Of a stretch of DNA of 64,000 bases, positions 39,201 through 45,698 are shown piece by piece. How positions within the stretch are numbered: position 1 is the stretch's first letter; every line of letters starts with the position of its first letter. Origin of the DNA: a virus; IMG/VR virus record IMGVR_UViG_3300046002_005110, positions 16,943-80,942 of that record, one strand, 5' to 3'. A program made the position numbers and the translations under genes. The notes beneath the pieces are model-generated. The model was not told the origin of the DNA. It made no database searches and saw only the letters and a program-made list of their open reading frames with translations.

Positions 39201-39626
39201 TTAAACGTTGCTCGATATATGACTTCCTATCCAATATTAAGTATACCAAATACGTTTACGCTTGAATATGTTAATTATAATGACATTAAGATAACTATTA
39301 ATGGTATTACTAGTCCAACACTAGTAGAGATTACAATCAGTGAAGGTAATATGTTGTTGATCAACAGTGAATATATTCAATTTACTAATATTGATTTGAC
39401 AACTAATACTGTTTCTGGTCTATTACGTGGTAGAAATGGTTCAATTACCAATCAATTAATTGAATCTGGTACAGTAATTCAAAGTGTATTAAATAGAGAT
39501 CAATTGCCTGAAGAATATTACTATCAATGGTGGTATGAATATGACATTAGTGGACCGGTAAGTCAAACTTTAAGTCAAAGTAATACAGTCCCGGCACTTT
39601 TCTTACGTAGAGTAACGGCGCCATGA
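27213..39626 (+). CDS. Giant baseplate wedge/structural protein (gp7-like position), 4137 aa, with FG-GAP-like propeller repeats
   Basis: N-terminal LDFLPEVFRT...FL; Y.NEIKPFHVKI motif; FGSSVA/FGTSIA..LIVGAP/FGTSVV..IVVGAP repeats; follows gp6. Confidence 0.65.
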   Translation: MATKIRSLDFLPEVFRTDSNAQFLAATLDQLVQQPDLRRVEGFIGQKYGYSINPTDRYVVEPSKIRYDYQLNPSVVFLKTDTQTAKDFINYPGMLNALQNNGAITDNNNRLFESEYYSWDSFADLDKIVNYSQYYWLPYGPDAVTVSTNTIYLSDNYIVSYSDTGYTINDSVQKNPSITLLRGGTYTFEVNQSSQFWIQGVPGTSGYGASSNTSTRDVLGVLNNGDSIGTVTFEVPLKDAQSQYDLPGNNTVDIVSTLTYAEINGQTSTSIGNIDGVTQLNGRTLMFYDNGESSSQINFYSISVNSITDIVTLTLSTGIPDSQKITVTSGTTYVGRTFYRDGTGTIQLIPYLSAVLDTLYYQDGSNPLNVGVINLIENNTTNSINIDQILGKTNYTSPNGVTFINGLKVIFEGSTVPSTYQNNEYYVEGVGTAINLLLVNDFRSVESDDPGSYYPWDYYNWDDKEWDQSNEVPLYPDYITINRNSRDLNAWSRSNRWFNIQVINATIAYNGTLTLISGNTSTRAQRPIIEFYGNLGLYNSGTKSLGFVSLFDNTTTDAFTQIVGQSSYTIDGQPLVSGQTIIFNHDTNNLVRQNIYEVSFAPVGTGNSNVIALNIVETAQDKNQVTIISGTLWKSTSWRFNSVDSRWIQCQQKSTVNQAPLFNIYDINDISLSDQLYYNGSTFAGTKLFSYTVGTGPNDPILGFPISYSSSVSIGDINFTVNLNEDTFSYQQNDNIIESNINIGYVYDYITADIPTKKTGWVTAYTESSQYQVFQFTVTQPTQSSFQCDVLVKTDSIVDPHHVYVNDVELSDDSEYTFTTNSFNNTTTVTLTTAAVSGDKITITLLSDQVSKTGYYEIPSNLQNNPFNSNITTVNVGDIKNQYDSIVQNTFGVIGPVFGPNNVYNLGNLNRYGTAIIQNSASLILPGVFLRKPGYNIFEALQFNSDQYTNFKTLLINLTDQNDFTVYTTPSTMLDTILYQISSTRNSTNAFFWSDMLYTGSPYRTNSYPFNVTLSTITLPTYRTYDFTSANYYGLGVYITTTVNGQTVTNQLIRGVDYIVSDISPNLTITYDIVVGDTITINEYNQTYGTYCPNTPTKLGLYPSFIPSVILDNTYTTPTYFILGHDGSYTKLYGDYIDEELSDFRDKVLLEFETRIYNNLKVVGDIPLPADEVIPGQFRTTEYSQSEILDIYRTNFLKWVGLNRIDYKTQQYNRSNQFSYNYNQSTNILNSEILKQGYWRGVYNWFYDTSNPADAPWEMLGLTSEPSWWTDRYGAAPYTSDNTYMWQEISEGYVWNNGDSYINPLKVRPELLRVLPVNSAGTLQSPLPTVVGNYDSFTFDRNWIVGDQGPAETSYLRSSSYPFDLMRILALTKPAKFFNLNVDRDLYKYNTEFNQYLYNDRYHLNPQDIIVYGNGVSKASYINWVVDYINQRGVDGTTEVTTTLKNLDVRLTYNLAGFSSKNYLKFLIEKSTPNTQNTTLLIPDNSYSVLLYDNVSEDKIVYSSVIVQRTSDGYTVWGNSQSDPFFNMAVPKAGFTQTLTVNNLSVTVNNEFYTDKITTIPYGNLYYTVQGVSEFLKAYGQYLVDQGMIFGYVIDTITYNWDQMIREFLHWAEQSWEVGSTINLNPSAKIATVNRPGLVVQPLTIQQDNFILNQNLIPLQSQNASIVRENESFTVGVLTDGDSIALTNLNLSSMEHAVVFDNYTVFNDTIYDLVTGLRQQRLLLQGYKSGEWNGYVNASGFIINEDNIQEWLPNIKYASGKIVTYKNKYWVANQLIQPQSEFFDEQWTQTTYDKIKTGLLPNPSTNAYESLYYYDSTRANFELDADLLSFSLIGYRPRQYLADAELSDITQIGVYKNIIKEKGTNLIANAFKSANLAQGKIDYNVKENWAVKTSVFGSVSNSNFVECLLIQNELTGNPTLLGFSDNGSVSGVQQTVMMNEIINWNMPPISANFLPPFNDVYSYERGLPSAGYVNLNDVKFKAFELTDLNNTFDTTNIDTLYRNDNIWIAKYRGSWNVFTPQTVNTQVISIINNLNNTITVNFGKNPNLAKYDPIAIVNFDSRINGYYEVLAVNSLTSVIIAKVLDTAVLQLQGNGLAFKLVSRRFTQASDQVYSTVFNSEYYNKKSWIDRDVDNQWAVWSCGPNFTEINIDSSELNLQDFGSSVAYSTEIGYVGASAIDGTIYRYYTDSTTSQSITQTISQTNSTFGTAMVAVGDYLYVSDELNNLVYVYLVIYPSKYITLYTTISQETTGQITVSEDRQWLYISNVTNKTIAVWALMSNGNYDYVSTITGPSTAIGFGTSIATSIDGVKLIVGAPLESLVTSESTQLTASGAVYIYTRSVQRFMANGISDTYTVNETIPNSIADVLIDDVLTSDVIVYSDGRIIFNIIPVYGSIIEVSYGEMNLVTKLLSSNPIVGGNFGTSVSTNKYGAQLVIGCPSELQTVNNVSNVQGAVYRFTNGGQQYGSIVGSVSGLVSGYFFIDGFKVSYSGTASEIAQSINTQTPTNIIAAASGNILQIGVINNTVETINNIIDITGPESNLADLGLTLYVNTQVMVNPNLPTIGSFGTVVSMGTRDSLVVSDPTATVYAETTFDYNTVDPTVCNPIISINNFTIFDHGATAFIDTFANTGVVYEFDYLPAADESIINPGKYVFGQYIQSIDRTGIANTPKFGTSVVDNDGVIVVGAPNWYSTGTGRIFGYVNYCQTSSWYIDKKPLPMVSVERLNNISIYDTISNNTLDYLDYIDPIQGKLLGAVETNLDYISSTDPATYSDGIVWSFEHIGSTWLDTTSIRMLNYNQPSATYNASNWGKAFPGSTADIYTWVGSSFPPIQYNGSGYVVDFNSYTTIQSLDRSTNAIVVDYFFWVKNYNIIPPGKTLSPLTLSQYILNPLNSGISFLAAITTNIVGLFNCESSINSSSSALHIGYRIGNTLDQKHESWTLIQENNATDFLTGFPTESQQDPIGLYAKYLDSFAGQNRLGLYIPNSKLPILTRYGIDYSQSMFIDRPLALQNYVNYANQVLIKFPIAETRSLYFLNKVGVGYDTRDYWTYTDWWATGYSSSTKIVLEVNTVTDLQTLQPNQILPGTEQIVIGLKDGIIVKVKANSQGNSEVWTWYEATGWDRIGLQNGTIQLSDSLYNTPVNWDIGGFDIGLYDDTVYEETYWIIRWLNEEAYIEDLLIERNNSLILMFNYIQSESLEQQNYLTWLNKTSLIDVTHTVRELLPYKKFQRDNQEFLSGYLNEIKPFHVKIKDFLFVYPGQDTFLGDVTDFDLPAKYVPSIGQFETPQLVYTTPNLYSPEYLPTSTVWQDPEYTQWFENYGLNITNERGLYNLTSLSAYITSSSTIIPVKNTYGMPDAGFIYIGDEKISYSNVDKLQNILTDIQRGIDSTPTDHMPNATVSAILPAVIVLDKARGYSEPPVITVINNSNYPNPRTVAQLVPIMINESLLGVQVINSGSGYATQPIIEIESSSIFSTFVSTDVNTVFNTITIINHSFITGDSIKYTIGLNTVSPTGLINNNYYYVRVIDVNTIALYYSVKGAYNIDKTSLMDYERVSLETQGSGSENTLAVTARAAILTSSQPVRELMTTIKFDRTSYGSLITEWNSGQIYAGEFTDIGKLASSTLLTSSSSPWEYLSWTGTNWDADLLASAQGASFPIVQVRNSYAYDGAVLVELNYGYTPVTPGQLNGQKIIAYEVSSTEWTNPISYYVKVMTTTLVEIYYDPLFNFPVKIANFNYTSNDVLFLEEPFTFSKSLVTYAGKLYQCIVSNNDTIFDYDKWEQIYSNNSILNAADRIAAFYEPTANMTGRDLRQLMSGVVYPNATTIGAPFNYNDGQLYDSVNFEYSSYDVNSTAELDTNLQSPDFNYNQLTNPTTYDVQGGSFNEGYGPEELIPGLVTDFLQFNVTTNPDTLGPGNYLNFRIQVDQFGQNSVYNPNTYPYVTYEYVTSVYNTNPYTQTYLTQDFVSTNSISDVLHVNDASKLVSTLQEIVTTDSDGVAYILNVARYMTSYPILSIPNTFTLEYVNYNDIKITINGITSPTLVEITISEGNMLLINSEYIQFTNIDLTTNTVSGLLRGRNGSITNQLIESGTVIQSVLNRDQLPEEYYYQWWYEYDISGPVSQTLSQSNTVPALFLRRVTAP

Positions 39627-39637
39627 CTAAATATAAC

Positions 39638-39805
39638 ATGAACACAAATAATGCATCTAAAATAAGTGACGAACATAGTTCGAATAAGAGACAAAGTTCA
39701 CCAACTAAGAAACCAAACGAACAAGTAGGGTTTCACTTTAGTAGTTCAATGAAGATTACTGATCCTAATACTGGAAAAGTAATACTTCATATGAGATGCG
39801 ATTAA
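39638..39805 (+). CDS. Small hypothetical structural/accessory protein
   Basis: 55 aa from ATG 39638 (TAAATA 4 nt upstream); C-terminus resembles N-terminus of next protein. Confidence 0.6.
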   Translation: MNTNNASKISDEHSSNKRQSSPTKKPNEQVGFHFSSSMKITDPNTGKVILHMRCD

Positions 39806-39816
39806 CGGATATCACT

Positions 39817-40434
39817 ATGAAAACAAATATTACATTCGAAATTGAAGGTTTTCTTAAAATACATGATCCCAAATCTGGAGAAGTATTTTTTGACGATCAC
39901 AATGCAATAAATTACGAAACAATGTCAGAAGCCATGGCGTATACGTTGGCTGATCGTGGCAGAGGTACAATTTATCAAATGGCATTTGGTAACGGAGCTG
40001 CTAGTATTGACTCAACTGGATTGATTACATATCTACCGCCCAATACTACTGGTCAAAATGCTGCGTTATATAATCAAACATACGCTAAAATTGTTGATGA
40101 TACATTAATTTCAAACAATGATCCAACCAGAAACAATATGACTGTAAATCACATAGTAGGTGAACTTTATACTGATATTTTAGTACAATGTTTATTAGAT
40201 TATGGTGAGCCAAGTGGTCAGGCTGCATTTGATAATGGTACAGATACGGATAGTACATATACATTTGACGAATTGGGTTTGTTAGCTAATTATGGTTTAG
40301 ATGGTGATGGCAATGTTATTACTAGATTATTGACACATGTTGTCTTTGCCCCAATACAAAAATCATTAAATCGTCAAATTCAAATCGATTACACGGTCAG
40401 AATTCAAACGCTGACTAATTTGGTTACAATTTAA
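39817..40434 (+). CDS. Baseplate/tail-fibre attachment structural protein
   Basis: MAFGNG, FDELGL, LLTHVVFAPIQKSLNR.IQIDYTVRI; position between wedge and fibre genes; start at 39817 inferred. Confidence 0.55.
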   Translation: MKTNITFEIEGFLKIHDPKSGEVFFDDHNAINYETMSEAMAYTLADRGRGTIYQMAFGNGAASIDSTGLITYLPPNTTGQNAALYNQTYAKIVDDTLISNNDPTRNNMTVNHIVGELYTDILVQCLLDYGEPSGQAAFDNGTDTDSTYTFDELGLLANYGLDGDGNVITRLLTHVVFAPIQKSLNRQIQIDYTVRIQTLTNLVTI

Positions 40435-40442
40435 GATAAATA
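40435..40442 (+). promoter_or_regulatory. Putative late promoter (GATAAATA) for fibre genes
   Basis: Intergenic motif; SD AAGGA before ATG 40475. Confidence 0.55.
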
Positions 40443-40474
40443 AAGATATCAGAACTCAAAGGATTAATTAAATC

Positions 40475-41599
40475 ATGGCATATACTCTAACATATTCAAT
40501 TGGCACAATAACTGTCATTGACACTACACTTAACACTCAGACAAGTCTTTCCTTGCCTGGTAGAAACTATGCAGGGTATGGCCAACCAGTAGATCAGAAT
40601 CAAGTATCTCTATTAGAAAATTTTGCTAGCTATCCAGTAACAGGACCGGCTAATCCTATTCCTGGTCAAACATGGTTTGATTCTGATTCTGTTACATTTA
40701 ACGTTAATATCAGTTCAACATCCACTCCTAATTGGGAAACTTTAGTAACTACCGGATCAGCCAACGTATCTTTTGGTAATTTGATCATAACCGGAGAGTT
40801 AACGGTTACTGATATAACTACTGGTGGTGCATCTATTCCTGGAAATATCACCGGATTATGGTCGTTAACAACTGGTAGTACTATGAATTTTTCAAATGGA
40901 ACATTCATCACTGATAATATTACTACTGGATCAAATATAACGGCTGGAGCTTTGACAGGTGGCTGGTCGTTAACAAATGGTAGTAGTATGAATTTTTCAG
41001 ATGGAACATTAACTACTGATAATATTACCACTGGGTCAAATGTAACAGTCGGAATTATGGCTGGAGCCTGGTCGATAACAAATGGTAGTAGTATGAATTT
41101 TTCAAATGGAACATTCACTACTGATAATATTACCACTGGATCAAATATAACGGGTGGCAACATTACTGGTAATTGGACACTAACAGCTGGTAGTCAGTTA
41201 AATGCCACATATGCTGACTTAGGCGAACGTTTTGAGGCAGATGCCGAATACGATGCCGGAACTGTAATGGAATTGGGCGGAGACGCTGAAATTACAGCCG
41301 TTCGTGATGAATTAAGTGATATTATATTTGGAGTTGTTAGTGAATCGGCTGGTATGATCATGAACGGATCAGCGGGTCCATCGTCAACTCATCCAATTAT
41401 TGCAATGACAGGAAGAGTTCCAGTAAAAGTTCGTGGTATAATTAAAAAGGGTGATAGATTAGTTAGTGCCGGTCAAGGATTTGCAAGAGCAGCAAAGAAA
41501 AATGAAGCCACACCATTTAATACAGTAGGTCGTAGTTTAGAAAATAAAACAACTAACAGCGAAGGAACAGTTCTGGCCGCAGTAAGTGCTAAACTTTAA
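40475..41599 (+). CDS. Tail fibre/spike protein with C-terminal intramolecular-chaperone (peptidase G2/S74-like) domain
   Basis: N-terminal LPGRNYAGYG...LLENFA..P.NPIPGQTWFD; TYADLGERF, FGVVS, GRVPVKV.G.IKKGDRLVS chaperone motifs. Confidence 0.75.
   Translation: MAYTLTYSIGTITVIDTTLNTQTSLSLPGRNYAGYGQPVDQNQVSLLENFASYPVTGPANPIPGQTWFDSDSVTFNVNISSTSTPNWETLVTTGSANVSFGNLIITGELTVTDITTGGASIPGNITGLWSLTTGSTMNFSNGTFITDNITTGSNITAGALTGGWSLTNGSSMNFSDGTLTTDNITTGSNVTVGIMAGAWSITNGSSMNFSNGTFTTDNITTGSNITGGNITGNWTLTAGSQLNATYADLGERFEADAEYDAGTVMELGGDAEITAVRDELSDIIFGVVSESAGMIMNGSAGPSSTHPIIAMTGRVPVKVRGIIKKGDRLVSAGQGFARAAKKNEATPFNTVGRSLENKTTNSEGTVLAAVSAKL
40859..41173 (+). repeat. Three 105-bp (35-aa) tandem repeats inside fibre gene
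   Basis: Units start at 40859, 40964, 41069: WS(L/I)T(T/N)GS(T/S)MNFS(N/D)GT..TDNITTGSN(I/V)T. Confidence 0.9.
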
Positions 41600-41623
41600 T
41601 ATAAAAATACTCGGAGCAGATAA

Positions 41624-42544
41624 ATGACTTACGAACAGGGAGGAAGAATTCAGGCAACAGACTTTAACGGGTTTGTTAGTACTGGGTCTCCAAATTTAAA
41701 TAGTTTCTGGTCTACTGGTTCAGAAAGTTTGGGATATGGTCAGACCGCAGTATCCACGGTCGCTCAAAATTCATTGGTATATGCGCTAAGTTGGGCAAAT
41801 CTAATAAACGCTATTAATAATTCAGCATTACATCAAGGAACATCAATTACTGCCATAGACGTTCCAACTTCAATGGCCGAAATTTCATACGAAAGTACGT
41901 TATCATCAAGTTTAACAAGTGTTTATAATAATTCATTAAATGCAGCGGCTGTAGGAACTGATATTACTAATAGCGGTACAAGAACCGCCGATTGGGGAAC
42001 AAATGCATCTATACCTACAGTAAGTAGTGTAATAACTGTAACTTTTGGATCATATGATCAGGCTAGATATTTCTTTAATTTGGGCGGTACTATTATTGTT
42101 AGTTGTAGTAGAACTGGCGGAGATGGTACTGCAGTGGATCTAACATGGACTCAAATGTGTACCGATATAGGAACTTTGGGATTACCGGCAGTAAGTACTA
42201 GTCAATCGATTGCCGCGGCATCATATACAGGATTAACACAATTTAACGGTACTGGAGAAACTCCAGATATTTACATACGAAGTGGTTTTTATGATCTCAC
42301 ATCTACCCCACAAATATTATTCAGACAATTTGCGGGAAGTTACTATACTAGTGATAATATTGATATAGAATATAGTTTAAGCGGAAGTGTGGTGACAATT
42401 ACAGTGACATTCAATGACGGCACACTCAATGCTACAAATATAACGGGTAATTTAACTGTTACTGCTGTGGCAAGACCTCCATCAACTACTTATATCACTA
42501 ATAGTTGGGGAACTCCGGTTGTAGCAGTATCGGCTGCAGCCTAA
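41624..42544 (+). CDS. Putative virion fibre/decoration protein, paralog A
   Basis: S/T/G-rich, ARYFFNLGG motif, clear paralog of next gene. Confidence 0.6.
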   Translation: MTYEQGGRIQATDFNGFVSTGSPNLNSFWSTGSESLGYGQTAVSTVAQNSLVYALSWANLINAINNSALHQGTSITAIDVPTSMAEISYESTLSSSLTSVYNNSLNAAAVGTDITNSGTRTADWGTNASIPTVSSVITVTFGSYDQARYFFNLGGTIIVSCSRTGGDGTAVDLTWTQMCTDIGTLGLPAVSTSQSIAAASYTGLTQFNGTGETPDIYIRSGFYDLTSTPQILFRQFAGSYYTSDNIDIEYSLSGSVVTITVTFNDGTLNATNITGNLTVTAVARPPSTTYITNSWGTPVVAVSAAA

Positions 42545-42564
42545 TAAGGAACAACATTAGATAA

Positions 42565-43494
42565 ATGACTTATTCAGCAGCCGGATTAATACAATCAACA
42601 GACTTAAACGGATTTGTTAGCACTGGATCTCCAAATTTTAATAATATTTGGAGTATTGGATCTGGAAATTCCGGCTGGGGCCAGACGGCTGTAAGCACAG
42701 TCACTGCTGGAACCGTAGTATCATTCAATCCATGGAACACCTTGATAACAAACATGGCAAGCGCCGCGGCTCATCAAGGTACTAGTATAACTGCTATAAC
42801 CGCCCCAGTAGCCGGAAATACAATTGCTTATTTGTCAGCGTTAAGTACAAATTTGACCAGCATTAATAACGGTAGATTAAATGCCGCGGCAGTTGGAACA
42901 GATATAACGACCAGTGCAACCAGAACTGCCAACTGGGGAACTGCGGTTTCAATACCGGTGGTAACTAGTACCATTACTATTACATTTTCTACTACCGACA
43001 CCGCTAGATATTTCTTTAATGCGGGCGGCACATTACGAATCAGTTGTAGTAGATCCGCCGGAACAGGTAACCCACAAGATTTAGCATGGACTCAGTTATG
43101 TACTGACATTGGCACATTGGCATTACCTGCAGTTAGCACTGCTCAGACAATCGCGGGTACAAGTTACACTGGATTTACAAAAATCGGAGGTGGTGGAACA
43201 GCCCCATCAATTTATGTAAGAAATGGATATTATAATTTAACCGGTACTCCTACTACATATTTTCGACAATTTTCCAATACTGGAGTATATACTGGTGATA
43301 ATCTATCGATGAATCTCAGTGTAAGTTCAAACATTGTTACTATCAGCGTAATATTTACAGACGTATCTAGCGGAACAGCAGCCGACACTGTGACGGGTAA
43401 TTTAACTGTTACTGCTGTGGCAAGACCTCCATCAACTGTTAATATTACTAATAGTTGGGGAACTCCAACCGTAGCAGTAACAGCACCAGCTTAA
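42565..43494 (+). CDS. Putative virion fibre/decoration protein, paralog B
   Basis: S/T/G-rich, ARYFFNAGG motif; shares 45 identical bp with paralog A. Confidence 0.6.
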   Translation: MTYSAAGLIQSTDLNGFVSTGSPNFNNIWSIGSGNSGWGQTAVSTVTAGTVVSFNPWNTLITNMASAAAHQGTSITAITAPVAGNTIAYLSALSTNLTSINNGRLNAAAVGTDITTSATRTANWGTAVSIPVVTSTITITFSTTDTARYFFNAGGTLRISCSRSAGTGNPQDLAWTQLCTDIGTLALPAVSTAQTIAGTSYTGFTKIGGGGTAPSIYVRNGYYNLTGTPTTYFRQFSNTGVYTGDNLSMNLSVSSNIVTISVIFTDVSSGTAADTVTGNLTVTAVARPPSTVNITNSWGTPTVAVTAPA

Positions 43495-43530
43495 ATTTTC
43501 TAATCTTATGCAAATAGAATAAGTATTTGC

Positions 43531-43839
43531 ATGAATACAGAACTTATCAAACAGACTAGTAAAACTAAGTACTTACACAGTCTAGCCAAAATATCAAATA
43601 AAGAAAATCATGAGTCACAACTATTAGTGACTATTTCTGGTGGGACATTTCGCTCAAGTCCAGAATTAATATCTTTTTTATCAATAACACAAATGGGAGA
43701 CAATGTCATATTATTGGACATATATGAAAATCCAGTAAGTGTTAATCGTTTAATATTATTAGACATGTGTATTGAATCCTACAAAACCACTATGTCAAGT
43801 TGGCTCGAATGTTCAGAAAAAATCAATGGACAACGATAA
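43531..43839 (+). CDS. Hypothetical protein
   Basis: 102 aa; TAAGTA 5 nt upstream; TAATG coupling to next gene. Confidence 0.65.
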   Translation: MNTELIKQTSKTKYLHSLAKISNKENHESQLLVTISGGTFRSSPELISFLSITQMGDNVILLDIYENPVSVNRLILLDMCIESYKTTMSSWLECSEKINGQR

Positions 43840-44645
43840 TGACCAGAGGAATATTATTATTTGCAATTGATACTGAAACAAAATCATATACCACAATGGC
43901 AAAATATTGTGCACAAAAAATAAAAGAACATTTAAATTTGCCAGTTGCATTAGTAACCGATAAAGATATCAAAGACTCAATCTTTGATCATGTGATTAAT
44001 ATCAAGTCAGAAACTCCTCAATCTCGTGTTCAACAATCTACGGGTATAAAAGAACAATGGAATAATTTTGAAAGATATCAGGCATATAACTTAAGTCCGT
44101 TTGATCAAACCATTTTAATTGATACTGATTACATATGTCATAGTAACAAACTACTAAAATTGTTTGATATTAATCAATCATTTTTGTGTCATAAACGAAG
44201 AATATATCTAGGTAGTCAAATCTATTCTGAGATAGAATATTTTGGAAAAGAATTAGAAATGTTCTGGGCAACGGTTATATATTTTGATAAAAGTAATGAG
44301 TCAAAATGTGTATTTGATATGATGAAAATGATTCAGAAAAATTATGATCATTACAGTAAGTTATATCGTTTTAGATCAAATCCATTTCGTAATGATTTCG
44401 CATTAAGTATTGCGTTAAATACTGTATATGGGCATGCTATTCCAATCACTGTAGAAATTCCGTGGAGTTTAATAAATGTAGAATTCAATACACAAGTATT
44501 ACTGAAAAGTTCACATAGTTGGGAATTAAAATTTAATAAACGAGTAAACAATAAAGTTGCTGACTACAGAATCACTACATATAATCAAGACTTGCATATT
44601 TTAAATAAAGATTCTTTGTTTTCTGTTATTGAGAATGATAAATGA
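43839..44645 (+). CDS. GT-A fold glycosyltransferase (GT8-like)
   Basis: RGILLFA, SPFDQTILIDTDY (DxD), late H motif; start at TAATG overlap 43839. Confidence 0.65.
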   Translation: MTRGILLFAIDTETKSYTTMAKYCAQKIKEHLNLPVALVTDKDIKDSIFDHVINIKSETPQSRVQQSTGIKEQWNNFERYQAYNLSPFDQTILIDTDYICHSNKLLKLFDINQSFLCHKRRIYLGSQIYSEIEYFGKELEMFWATVIYFDKSNESKCVFDMMKMIQKNYDHYSKLYRFRSNPFRNDFALSIALNTVYGHAIPITVEIPWSLINVEFNTQVLLKSSHSWELKFNKRVNNKVADYRITTYNQDLHILNKDSLFSVIENDK

Positions 44646-45409
44646 CACAGGGATATATCATTCAAGCAATTAATACCGACACTGTAGACTATCAAACATG
44701 TGCTCAAGTATTGGTTAAATCATTAAGGGCGGTGGGTGATATAAGACCTGTTACGATATTGACTGATATATCTAATGATAAAGTTAGTAGTGCAACATAT
44801 GGACCATATGCAGATGATTGGCAAGTATATGAACAATCTCCATATGATGAAACGTTCAAATTAGAAGCAGATATGATAGTTACCAGATCATTGGATAGTT
44901 GGTGGAATTCAATGAAAAATCGTGATTTGCATATTGCAACTGGATGTAGAGATTACAAACAACATGTATCTAAATCTAGGTATTATCGTCAAGTATTTGA
45001 TAAAAATAATTTACCAGATGTATATAATGGAATAACTTATTTTAAAAAATCATTATTGTCAAAACAATTCTTTGACATTGTAAAACTAATATTTGAAAAT
45101 TGGCAAGAAATAAATAATAATTTATCATATTCAAGTGAGTTGACCTATGGAGATACTGATACAGTATATGCAATAGCGGCTAATATTATTGGTATAGAAC
45201 AATGTACAATACCTAACAGTTCAATTCAATTTGTTCATATGAAACAGAGAATACACAATGGGTTAATGGATGATTGGACTAAAGAAATGATTTGGGAATT
45301 AATTGACTCGGACTTTAGAATAAACACTATTAGTCAATTATACCCAGTACATTATCATATTAAATCATTAGCATCAGATTTGGAATTGGCATATGACATC
45401 AAAATATAA
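44642..45409 (+). CDS. GT-A fold glycosyltransferase-like protein, paralog of previous gene
   Basis: SPYDETFKLEADM (ExD), YNGITYFKKS, FVHMK, PVHYH. Confidence 0.6.
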   Translation: MTQGYIIQAINTDTVDYQTCAQVLVKSLRAVGDIRPVTILTDISNDKVSSATYGPYADDWQVYEQSPYDETFKLEADMIVTRSLDSWWNSMKNRDLHIATGCRDYKQHVSKSRYYRQVFDKNNLPDVYNGITYFKKSLLSKQFFDIVKLIFENWQEINNNLSYSSELTYGDTDTVYAIAANIIGIEQCTIPNSSIQFVHMKQRIHNGLMDDWTKEMIWELIDSDFRINTISQLYPVHYHIKSLASDLELAYDIKI

Positions 45410-45689
45410 ATTATATTATAATAAACAAGATGGAACACCAAAATACTACAGTATGGAAGATTTGGATGAAGATTACATTGATGTAGATCAAAAAACTTTC
45501 GAGGCTAGTAGATATGACATCAAAGTAGTAGATGGTAAAATAAAGTCTTTATATGAGAATAGTATTTCCAAATATCAATTGATAACTGAGTCAACTGATA
45601 CCTGTATAATGTGTGATTATGATGATATATCCATAATAGTGAATAATAGTTTATCATACAAATTATGGGACTACAAATTCACTAACTAA
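45393..45689 (+). CDS. Hypothetical protein
   Basis: 98 aa, overlapping in operon. Confidence 0.6.
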   Translation: MTSKYKLYYNKQDGTPKYYSMEDLDEDYIDVDQKTFEASRYDIKVVDGKIKSLYENSISKYQLITESTDTCIMCDYDDISIIVNNSLSYKLWDYKFTN

Positions 45690-45698
45690 ATATTCAGT

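Noticed and set aside
40859-41173. CRISPR-like or regulatory repeat array
   Set aside because: 105-bp in-frame coding repeats with no unique spacers
42443-43466. Diversity-generating retroelement TR/VR pair
   Set aside because: Mismatches between copies are not adenine-specific, both copies are coding, and no reverse transcriptase is in the window
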